This document shows positions 32,527 to 42,500 of a stretch of DNA of 64,000 nucleotides, piece by piece. Location of the stretch: assembly GCA_964412895.1 (NCBI GenBank), contig CAYPQK010000001.1:5041-69040 (forward strand), in the 5' to 3' direction. The notes under the pieces were generated by a model, which searched no databases, was not told where the DNA came from, and worked only from the letters and a program-made list of their open reading frames with translations. The stretch is from an uncultured Spirochaetales bacterium. GTDB taxonomy: Bacteria > UBP6 > UBA1177 > JAKLFG01. Each line of letters starts with the position of its first letter. Positions within the stretch are counted from its first letter, which is position 1. The translations under genes were made by a program, and so were the position numbers.

Positions 32527-34434
32527 ATGCCGAACAAAGGGAAACGGACCGAGGCGCTCGTCCGGTCCAGCGCGCATCAGATGGCCCAGATACTCGACGG
32601 GCTGTACCAGTTCATCGGCCTGCTCGATACCGATGGGACGATCCGTTACCTCAACCGCGCGCCGGTCGAGGCGGCGGGCCTTTCCGAAGAGGAGCTGCTC
32701 GGCATCAAGTTCTGGGATTCGTTCTGGTGGCAGGGCGGCGACCATGAACTGCTGAAGGAGAATGTCGGCCGCGCGGCGGCGGGCGAGCTCATCCGGCGCG
32801 AGACGAAGGTCCTCACCAAACACGGTCCCATCCTCATCGAATTCGGCCTCTACCCCATCCGCGACGACACCGGGAAGGTGGTGCAGATGGTGGCCGAGGG
32901 ACGCGACATCAGCGAGCGGCGGGAGGCGGAGAACGCCCTTCGCGAGAACGAACAGCTCCTGCGGCAGATCATCGATCTGGTGCCGCACTTCATCTTCGCC
33001 AAGAACCGCGACAGCCGCTTTATCCTCGTCAACAAGGCGGTCGCCGACAACTACGGCACCACCGTCGAGGCGCTCACGGGGAAGAGCGATGTCGACTTCG
33101 GCGCTTCTCCGGCGGAGGTGGAGCATTTCCGCGCCGACGATCAGGCGGTCATCGACTCGGGGCTGCCCAAACTGATACCCGAAGAACCGATCACCGACGC
33201 GACCGGGGCGATCCATCTCCTCACGACGGTAAAGATACCGTTCAATTTCTCCGGGATGCCGGCCCTGCTGGGCGTCTCGGTCGACATCACCGAGAAGAAG
33301 AAACTCTGGGAAGAGGCGCAGAAAGGGCAGAAACTCGAATCGCTCGGCGTGCTGGCGGGCGGCATCGCGCACGACTTCAACAATCTGCTCGGCGGGATAT
33401 TCGGTTTCATCGACCTTGCCCGGATGGTGTCGAAGGAGCCGCAGACGGTCCACTATCTTGAAGAGGCGCTGCAGGCGATGGGACGGGCGCGGGGACTGAC
33501 CCGTCAGCTCCTCACTTTCGCCAAGGGGGGCGCCCCGATGCGGCGGACCGGCGCGCTCCAGCCGCTCATCTACGAGACGGCGCGCTTCACCCTCTCCGGT
33601 TCGAATGTCTCGTTCCGCGCCGATCTGCCCGACGATCTGCCGCTGTGCGACCACGATCCCGATCAGATCGGACAGGTGCTCAACAATATCTTTCTCAACG
33701 CCCAGCAGGCGATGCCGGCGGGCGGCGTGATACAGGTCGACGGGGCGGCGATATCGATCGGTCCCGAAGAGCACCCCGCGCTCGCTCCGGGCCGCTATAT
33801 AATGCTTTCGATACGCGATCACGGGGTGGGGATCCCGCCCGAGATACTGCCGCGCATCTTCGACCCGTTCTTCACCACCAAGCAGAAGGGGAGCGGGCTC
33901 GGACTCGCCATCTCTTACTCCATCATGATGCGGCACGGCGGCGTCATACTGGCTGAATCGCATCAGGGAAAAGGGGCGACCTTTCATGTCTATCTGCCCG
34001 CTTCGGAAAGCACGGCCGCGGCGCCGGGCGGCGGCGTCGGGGTGGTCCACCGCGGGACCGGCACGGTGCTGGTCATGGACGACGAGGAGGTCATTCTCAA
34101 GATGCTCGCGCCGATGCTCGAACGGATCGGCTATACGGCGACCTGTGTGAAGGACGGCGCGGCGGCGATCATCGCTTTCAACGAAGCGCGGACGGCGGGA
34201 AGACCTTTCGCGGCGGTACTGCTCGATCTTACCGTACCGGGCGGCATGGGGGGCAGGGAGGCGGTCGGATTACTGCGGGCGATAGACAGCACGGTACCGA
34301 TATTCGTCATCAGCGGTTACGCCGAGGATCCGGTCATGGCCGATCCCCGGAAGTACGGATTCACCGACAGCATCGCGAAACCGTTCACGATGGGAGACCT
34401 CGCGCGGCTGCTGGAGCGGCACCACCACAAGTAG
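32527..34434 (+). CDS. Hybrid sensor histidine kinase (PAS, PAS, HisKA, HATPase_c, REC)
   Basis: GGGAGGGGAG RBS. H-box AHDFNNLL. G-box GSGLGLAISY. C-terminal receiver VLVMDDEE. Confidence 0.85.
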   Translation: MPNKGKRTEALVRSSAHQMAQILDGLYQFIGLLDTDGTIRYLNRAPVEAAGLSEEELLGIKFWDSFWWQGGDHELLKENVGRAAAGELIRRETKVLTKHGPILIEFGLYPIRDDTGKVVQMVAEGRDISERREAENALRENEQLLRQIIDLVPHFIFAKNRDSRFILVNKAVADNYGTTVEALTGKSDVDFGASPAEVEHFRADDQAVIDSGLPKLIPEEPITDATGAIHLLTTVKIPFNFSGMPALLGVSVDITEKKKLWEEAQKGQKLESLGVLAGGIAHDFNNLLGGIFGFIDLARMVSKEPQTVHYLEEALQAMGRARGLTRQLLTFAKGGAPMRRTGALQPLIYETARFTLSGSNVSFRADLPDDLPLCDHDPDQIGQVLNNIFLNAQQAMPAGGVIQVDGAAISIGPEEHPALAPGRYIMLSIRDHGVGIPPEILPRIFDPFFTTKQKGSGLGLAISYSIMMRHGGVILAESHQGKGATFHVYLPASESTAAAPGGGVGVVHRGTGTVLVMDDEEVILKMLAPMLERIGYTATCVKDGAAAIIAFNEARTAGRPFAAVLLDLTVPGGMGGREAVGLLRAIDSTVPIFVISGYAEDPVMADPRKYGFTDSIAKPFTMGDLARLLERHHHK

Positions 34435-34450
34435 CTGAAATTCTTTTCTC

Positions 34451-36052
34451 TTAGCCTTTGACCGGTTCTTTGGGGTTGACCCATTTCCGGAGGATGATCA
34501 TGCCGATGGGCGAGGTGACGGCGAGCGCCGCTATCCAGACCCACACCATCCGGTGGTTCGATACATCGCCCACCGCCTGCACCACCTGTCCCGCCTCGTT
34601 GAGGACCGCCTTGCCGTCGGGACCGATCTTATCCTGCACCGGGACATAATTCGCGAGCAGTTGTCCCGACATGAGGGCGACCAGCGGCTGTGAGATGAAC
34701 TTCGGGAGCATCGACAGGGTCATGTAGCTCGCCTCCTGTCCTTCGGGGGCGATGCGGGCGGTGTATTCCATCAGACGCGGCGACCAGATCGCCTCGCCGA
34801 CGGTGAACAGGCCGACGAATATCGTCAGAGCGATGTAGATGGCCAGCTTCCCCTCGCCGATGGCCGGGTCGAGTCCCAGCCACACCTGCCAGATGAGACG
34901 GCCGAACACCGTGTCGACCAGCGGTATGAAGAACCGTTCGGGAAGCGTCACGAGGAACACGGCGAAGGCCGAGACGAACGAGCCGAAGGTGATCATCAGG
35001 TAGGGACTCCAAGTACGGGTCGCCCACGCGATGAGCGGTACGAAGAAGATGACGATGACCGGGTTGAGCATCCCGTAGACACTGCCCACCTTTGCCCCCT
35101 CGCCCAGCACGCGGATGCCGTATTTGGGGAAGGTGTAGTGGAAGTGGAAGAAGACATAGTTGACCCCGAGCAGTATCGTGAGGAGCAGCATGAATTTCCA
35201 GAAGGCGGGCTGTTTCATGACATCGACAAAGATGCGGTAGGCGTCGGTAAAGGCGTCGCGCACCGTTTTCCCGAGCGCCGGGAGGAAGGCCCCCTCGCTC
35301 TTTTTGGGCGGCGTTATCTCGAGCCGGCCATTGTCGTGCAGGTTGATGCCGTCGCGCAAAAGCGCGATGAATATCATCGCCGGTATCGACATGAAGAAGG
35401 CGACGAGCATGATGAAGCGGTAGGTCGACATGGTGCCCAGCAGCGGGACCACCGTGGTGCCGTATTCGCCCAGAGAGTTGCGGATGTAGTCGAACATCCA
35501 GCCGCCGACGGCGAAGCCGACATTCATCAGGGTATAGAACATCGCGAAGCCCATCGCCGAGGTGTCGGACTTGGTGTAGCGCTTGATGGCGACGGTGATG
35601 ACCGGCGACAGGAAGGCGACCGACACCGCCTGCACCGCGAAACCGAAAAGAATAAGCGTGTAAATATTGGTCGAGACGGCGAAAACCAGACGCGAGGCGA
35701 TGGCGAGCACCGTCCCGATGACGAGCACCCGTTTGACCCCCACCGCGTCGACGAGCGCGCCGACCCCGAACATGAGCACCGTGTAGGAGACATTCCACCC
35801 GCCGACCACCTGACTGGCGGCGATATCGGACATCCCGACATCGCTCGATAAGAAAAGGGTGAGCGTCGAAAGCATCAGCGACCACGCGACGAACTCGGTC
35901 ACCTGCGAAATGGAGACGAACCATATCTCGCGCGGAGAATCCTTAAGCCCCCGGCCGTACTGATAAATGATGAAGACCAAGTACCCGGCGGCGGCGGCCA
36001 GCACCGGATAGAGGAAATAATAGATCCAGCTGATATCGCGTTCGGGGATCAT
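34451..36052 (-). CDS. MFS-type transporter (POT/peptide-transporter-like)
   Basis: 12 or more TM helices. ATG at 36052 with a GGAG RBS. Confidence 0.75.
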   Translation of the reverse strand: MIPERDISWIYYFLYPVLAAAAGYLVFIIYQYGRGLKDSPREIWFVSISQVTEFVAWSLMLSTLTLFLSSDVGMSDIAASQVVGGWNVSYTVLMFGVGALVDAVGVKRVLVIGTVLAIASRLVFAVSTNIYTLILFGFAVQAVSVAFLSPVITVAIKRYTKSDTSAMGFAMFYTLMNVGFAVGGWMFDYIRNSLGEYGTTVVPLLGTMSTYRFIMLVAFFMSIPAMIFIALLRDGINLHDNGRLEITPPKKSEGAFLPALGKTVRDAFTDAYRIFVDVMKQPAFWKFMLLLTILLGVNYVFFHFHYTFPKYGIRVLGEGAKVGSVYGMLNPVIVIFFVPLIAWATRTWSPYLMITFGSFVSAFAVFLVTLPERFFIPLVDTVFGRLIWQVWLGLDPAIGEGKLAIYIALTIFVGLFTVGEAIWSPRLMEYTARIAPEGQEASYMTLSMLPKFISQPLVALMSGQLLANYVPVQDKIGPDGKAVLNEAGQVVQAVGDVSNHRMVWVWIAALAVTSPIGMIILRKWVNPKEPVKG

Positions 36053-36185
36053 GGGACGCTCCGTGAACCGTTGATGTCGCGCGATGCTAGCAGAAACGGC
36101 GGGACGAGTCAATGCGCCCAGATTTTATTTGAAAAACGGGACGCGGCGCATACAATGGGCCCCTGTTCTTGAGGGAGAGAACCGT

Positions 36186-36488
36186 ATGAACGATCATGTC
36201 TACCGGGTCCGTGAAGAGATCGCGTGGCGCAAGATGAAGGACGGGACGGTGACCATCGTTTCGCCGCTCGTCGAAAAGATCATATCCATCAACACGACGG
36301 CGGGGGTCATCTGGGAACTGCTCGACGGAAAGCGGACCGTCGCCGCGGTCATCGACAGCCTGTATGAAAAATTCAAAGGCGAAGAGGGGGTCGACCGGGC
36401 GGTGTTGGAACGCGATACCCATGAGATGTTACGCGACCTTATCGACCGTCAACTTGTCGAACAAATTGTTGACAATTCCGGCGGGTGA
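36186..36488 (+). CDS. PqqD-family protein (RiPP precursor peptide recognition element, RRE)
   Basis: GGGAGAG RBS. About 100 aa with PqqD-like core VSPLVEKIISINTTAGVIWELLDGKRTVAAVIDSL. First gene of a co-directional operon. Confidence 0.72.
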   Translation: MNDHVYRVREEIAWRKMKDGTVTIVSPLVEKIISINTTAGVIWELLDGKRTVAAVIDSLYEKFKGEEGVDRAVLERDTHEMLRDLIDRQLVEQIVDNSGG

Positions 36489-36539
36489 GGTTATCATCCG
36501 CAACCGGTTTCGATAGTGAACCATGAGTGGGAGTATAGC

Positions 36540-39500
36540 ATGAAGCGTATCGTTGTTGCTCTTATCTGGATTATGTTCCTGTCCCTCGTAGTAGGCGGCT
36601 GTTCCACCAAGGATCAGTGTAACGCCGACACCGACTGCAAGACGGGCTACGCCTGCGGTGACGACAAGAAGTGTCACGAGATACAGGTGGCGCTCCTCTT
36701 CCAGGACATCGCCGACGGTCAGACCCTCACGGTCGCCGACGATCTGGACAAGAGCGACGAGGCCATCCAGATCAATGTCACCGTTGCCGCGCAGGCGACG
36801 GCCGGCTCGATAAAGGACGGCACGGCGATCACCCTCGAGGTGAAGAGTTCCGCGGCCGAGACCTCCGACGGCGACACCGTGAACGGCACCGCCGCGACCG
36901 CGACGAAAAGCTATGCCGGGATACTCGTCAACGGCTTCGCCCGTTTTCTCAATATCCCCTTCGCGGAAGGACAGCATACCGTGACCGCCTATCTGACCCT
37001 GAGTCCCGCCATCAAGGTGACGGCGACCCTCACCGCCACCTATGAACAGACCGATACGCTGGTCATGCGCTACTATAAAGGCGGCACCACTCCGACGATG
37101 CTCGAAGGGGCGACGCTCGACGACAACGACGATCTCAACAAAGAGGCGGCGAATTTTCAGGTGAAAATGGAAGCGGTGACCACCGGGTATGCCGACGGGC
37201 AGGTGGTCGAGATATTCATCGAAGGCTACAGCATCACATGGGCGCCGGCCATCATAGAGGACGGCGTGGCGTCGTTCCCGTCGTTCGTCGTGCCGATATG
37301 GGCCGACATCGTGATGCGGGTGAAGGTGGCCGATGTCGAGGATACGCTCGCCTTCAGCGCCGTTTCGGCGGAGTCCTGCGGCTTTGCGCTCGATATCCAG
37401 AACAACGACCGGTTCGGCATGGCCGACGATACGAGTGCCGGACTCAGCGGTCTCCAGAAGATGCTCACCATCAGCGATGTCACCCTCTGCTCTACCGGTT
37501 CCGAGATAGAGATATACATCGACGGCGTGCCGGGCACCGACGAACCTGACGAAACGCTGACTCTCGGCGCGGCGTCGGTCCAGCAGTCGATCACCCTGCC
37601 CGAAAGCGCGAACCAGACCGATACCCGCACCGTCACGGTGGTGATGAAGGATGACGACAGCTCGGCGACCGGCCAGATGACCGTCACCGGTCTGTTCGTC
37701 GACATCACGGCGCCGACACTGAGTGTCACTGCGCCGCTTGATAACACCACCCTTACCCCGGTCGACGACACCAATACTTCGCTGGAAGGGGTCCAGATAG
37801 CGGTCACCGGTTCGGCATCCGACTCGTTGTCGGACGAGGTCACGGTCGAGGTGCGCGACGGCACGACGCTGTTGGGCGATACGACCGGTACCGGCGACTA
37901 CTCCGTGGACGATGTCTCCTTCACCGCGACCAACGAGGCGCTGACGCTCGCGGTCACCGCCCGCGACGCCATCGGCAACGAAACGGTCGTCGAGGTCCCG
38001 CTCAAGGTCTATGTGAACGATCCGGTGATAGCCTTCCAGACCATCTGCGCCCGGACCCCGGTCATGAATATGCAGCTTTCGTCGGCCGACGACGGCGACC
38101 AGCTCGCCGGCGGCGTCCAGTGCGCCGTCATCGTCCGGACCACCGACATCGAATCGGCCTCGACCGAGGTGTCGCTGAATATCAACGATGAAGATCCGAT
38201 AGTCGAAACGATAGGGACCGGCGGCCTCACGCTGTTCGACATGGTCACCCTGCCCGACGGCGAGGATTCGCTCACGGCCCGGGTCATGCATCTGGGGACC
38301 GCATACCAAACCGGGATCACCGTGCAGGTCGATGCGACCCTGCCGGTGGTGACGCTCACGCTCACCCCGACGGTCGACGGCGGGTTCGCGCAGTCGGTCG
38401 ACGCCGACTTCGCCTTCTCGTGCAGCGAAGCCGATTGCGAATACAGCTACCGTATCGACAGCGGAGCTTTGTCGGCCTACGCGACGACCGCCACCGCCGA
38501 ATACACCGCGCTGGCCGAAGGGCTTCATACCTTCGCCGTTCAGGCCCGCGACCCGTTCGGGAATGTCGGCGATCTGACCGTCTTCAACTGGACGATCGAT
38601 CACACGGCGCCCGCCGCCCCGACGGTGACCGGAGTAACGCCGACCAACGATACGACCCCCGAATGGTCGTGGAACACCCCGACCGGCACGGTCGAATTCC
38701 GTTACAGCACCGACCAGACGAACTGGACGACGACCGCCGTCACCGCCTTCACCCCGGCCCCGGCGCTCGCCGAGGGCGACCAGATACTCTATGTGCAGGG
38801 CCGTGACGCCGCCGGCAACTGGTCGGCGAGCGGATCGTTCACCATCACCATAGACACCACCGCCCTTTCCGCCCCGGTCGTGAGCGGCACCACGCCGACC
38901 AACGACACCACCCCCAAATGGTCGTGGGACGCGATAACCGACGCGGTCGAATATCGCTACAGTTACACCGACGGCTCCGGCTGGACGACGACCGCCGACA
39001 ACTTCTTCATTCCGGTCACGGCGCTCACCGCGGGCGACCACACCCTCTTCGTTCAGGCCCGCGACGCGGCGGAGAACTGGTCCGACAGCGGCTGGTTCAC
39101 CATCACCATAGACCTCACCGCTCCCGCCGCCCCGGAGGTGCTCGGCACCACGCCGACCAACGACACCACGCCGAACTGGTCGTGGATACCGGTCGCCGAC
39201 GCGGTCAACTACCGCTACAGCTACGATGAGATGACTTGGACCGAAACCGTCGATACGACCTTCACCCCGACCACGCAGCTCGCCGCGGGGACTTATACCC
39301 TTTTCGTTCAGGCGCAGGATGCCGCCGGCAACTGGTCGCTTTCGGGATCGAAGGAGGTTGTGATCGACCTGTCGACGCCCAATGCGCCGGTGGTTACCGG
39401 CGTAACGCCGACCACCGATACGACGCCGACCTGGTCATGGGGCGCGGTGACCGACGCGGTCGAATACCGCTACAGTTACACCGACGGCTCCGGCTGGGCG

Positions 39501-42500
39501 ACGACGACCGCTCTTTCCTTCACGCCGTCCGCGGCGCTCGCCGAGGGCTTTGTCACGCTCTTTGTGCAGGCCCGCAACGGCGTCGGCACTTGGTCGGGCA
39601 GCGGGCTTTTCACCATCGAGATAGATATCACCGCCCCGGCGGCGCCGACGGTGACCGGCATAACGCCCACCAGCAACACCCAGCCGACTTGGTCGTGGGA
39701 CACCCCGACCGACGCGGTCGAGTTCCGTTACAGCTACGACGAATCTTCGTGGACCGTTACGACGGCCAATTCTTTTACCCCGGGCAGTGCGCTGATCGAC
39801 GACGCCTATACCCTTTATGTCCAAGCCCGCGACGCGGTCGGCAATTGGTCGACGAGCGGATCGTTCGAGATCGTGGTGGACACCGAGGCGCCGGTCGCGC
39901 CGACGGTGACCGGTACCACGCCGACCAACGACACGACGCCAACTTGGTCGTGGAATACCCCGGTCGGCGCGGTCAACTTCCGCTACAGCTACACCGATGG
40001 ATCGGGCTGGACCGAAACAACCGGCACCAGCTACACCGCCGCCCCGGCCCTTACCGCCGGTACCTACACGCTCTATGTGCAGGCCGCCGACGCTACCGGT
40101 AACTGGTCGACGAGCGGCAGTTTCGCCATCACGATAGACACCACCGCGCCGACGCTGGTTATCGGTGCGCCGTCGGCGACCGTTGCGAAGAACGGGACCG
40201 ATGTGACCTATACCGTCACTTACTCCGGCGCCGACACCGTGACGCTGGCGAACGGCAACATCACGCTCAACGCGACCGGCGGCGCCTCGGGCTCCGTCGC
40301 AGTGACCGGCACCGGCACGGTGACCCGCACCGTGACGATATCGAACCTGACCGGGAACGGCACGCTCGGCATCAGCATCGCGGCCGGAACGGCGAGCGAC
40401 ACGGCGGGGAACACCGCCCTCGCGGCCGGTCCGTCGGCCACCTTCACGGTCGATAACACCGCGCCGACCGTGGTCATCGATCCGGTCAATGCCTGCACCC
40501 GCCGGACGACCGGCACGATCTCGTTCACCGTGACCGGCGCGACCACCACCACCTGCCGGTTCGACACCCCCGCCGGGCTCGGCACACCGGGCGCCTGCGG
40601 CGGCTCCTACGGATATACCCTCGTCGATGGCGACGGCACCTATACCCTCACCGTCACGGCGACCGACGATGCCGGCAACAGCGGCTCGGACGATGCCTTC
40701 TTCTCGCTCAACACCACCACGCCGACCGTCCAGTGGTTCCTGCCGGCCAGCGGCACCAGCTACAAGGCCGGTTCTGCGGTGCCGAGTTTCGTCTACCGCA
40801 CCAAGAACCTCGAGGCGGGCGAAATGGTCGAGATCATAGATGCTGACACCGGACTTGCCTTGGCCAGCGGGATCACCGCCGGATCGCTCTGCAACGCGAC
40901 CGAGGATGTCTCGATACCGCTCGATCTGCCCGACAAGTGCGGCACCTACAAACTCTACGCCAAGGTCAACGACGGCGTCGACTCCGTTGATCGCTACACC
41001 GATAATCTTACGGCACTTCCGGCGACCCAGCGTACCTACACCTTCGACCGCGACGAGCCGGTCATCTCCTCCTTCGTGGTGAATAACGACGCCGACAGCA
41101 ACAATGTCCTCATCTCGACCGAGGATGCCGACGGCATCGCGGGCAACGGGATGCAGGCCGATATCACCATCACGGTACAGGACGCCATCGACATCGGCCG
41201 CACCGTGACGCTCCGCAACAAGACGACCGGCAACACCTACACCGCGACGGTCGTGGGCGATAAAACCGCCACCTTCACCGGCATCACGATACCGGAAGGG
41301 ATCAACTCCTTCGGCGCGACGCTGGTCGACTGCGGCGGCAACACCTCCGCCGAGAGCGCGAAGACCATCACCGTCGATACCACCCCGCCGAGCGTCCTGT
41401 TCCAAGGCCCGACCGGCGTGACGCCGGGCCATCCGCTCTGGCTCACCTCGCGCGATGGCACCGTGGTCGGCGACGAACTGATCGGACAGGAGCTGAAGTT
41501 CAAGATAACGGGCGACTGGGATAACGCCACCCCGGTGGTCAAGCATTTCGTGTACGACTATGCCGATGCGCCCGTGGGTGCGGCCCATACCTATACCCTC
41601 GGCGAAATGGACATCGTCGGCACCGAGGTGAGCATCGACCTCGACGGCTCGGACGATCCCGCCGCGCCGCTCGCCTACAACAAACACAAGTTCGAGATCA
41701 CCGTCGAGGACGCGAACGGCAACATCCGCGTCGCCTCGCGCACCTACGAGGGCGACCCCAAGATCCCGAACGCCGTCATTTCCTATCCGACCGACGAACT
41801 GGTACTCGATGTCACAAAAGATGAGGACGCGGTCGCGTCGGGCGTCCAGTTCACGCTGCACCTCGATCTGACCAAGCTCGCCACCCCGACCGGCACCGAC
41901 TCGACCATCGATATCCTCGCGATACCGATAACGGCGCTCGGCGGCACCGAGGATGGTACCCGCAGCCGCAAATCGTGGAACGGTTTCATCGCCGACACCG
42001 ACGGCGCCGCTCAGACCTTCCCGAACGACGGCACCTTCCTGCGGCTCGGTGACGGCTTCTGGCGCCTGACGGTCAAGGTGACCGACGACCACCAGAATGT
42101 CTACGACACCGCTCTCCTGCCGGTCGCTCAACAGATCGATGTCGATGTGGTGACCGATGTTGCCTCTTCGTCGCTCTATCTCAGTAACGATAAACTCATC
42201 AACGGTACCCAGACCGCCCCGACATGGCTCAACAGCAACGACGGCGGTCCCACCTACGATCTGTATGTCGAGACCGATTCCCCGAACGGCACGAACAACG
42301 CCTGCATAAATGTCAACGCCGGAGGCGACATCTGCGCTGATGTGGACGCCGGCCGTGCCGAATTCACCGCGGTGGCGCTCACCACCGGCGGGGTCGAGAA
42401 CACCATCGTGTTGACGGTCAACAACGGCGTTGCGGTCGCGACCGACACCTACTATGTCCGCGCCGACAACACCGATCCGACGCTCGATCCGGCGACCGAT

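Noticed and set aside
30463-34050. 1195-aa minus-strand ORF
   Set aside because: Antisense to the ychF-like, CDF and PAS-kinase genes. Low-complexity R/G/A/D-rich translation typical of a GC-rich shadow ORF. No RBS or domain signal.
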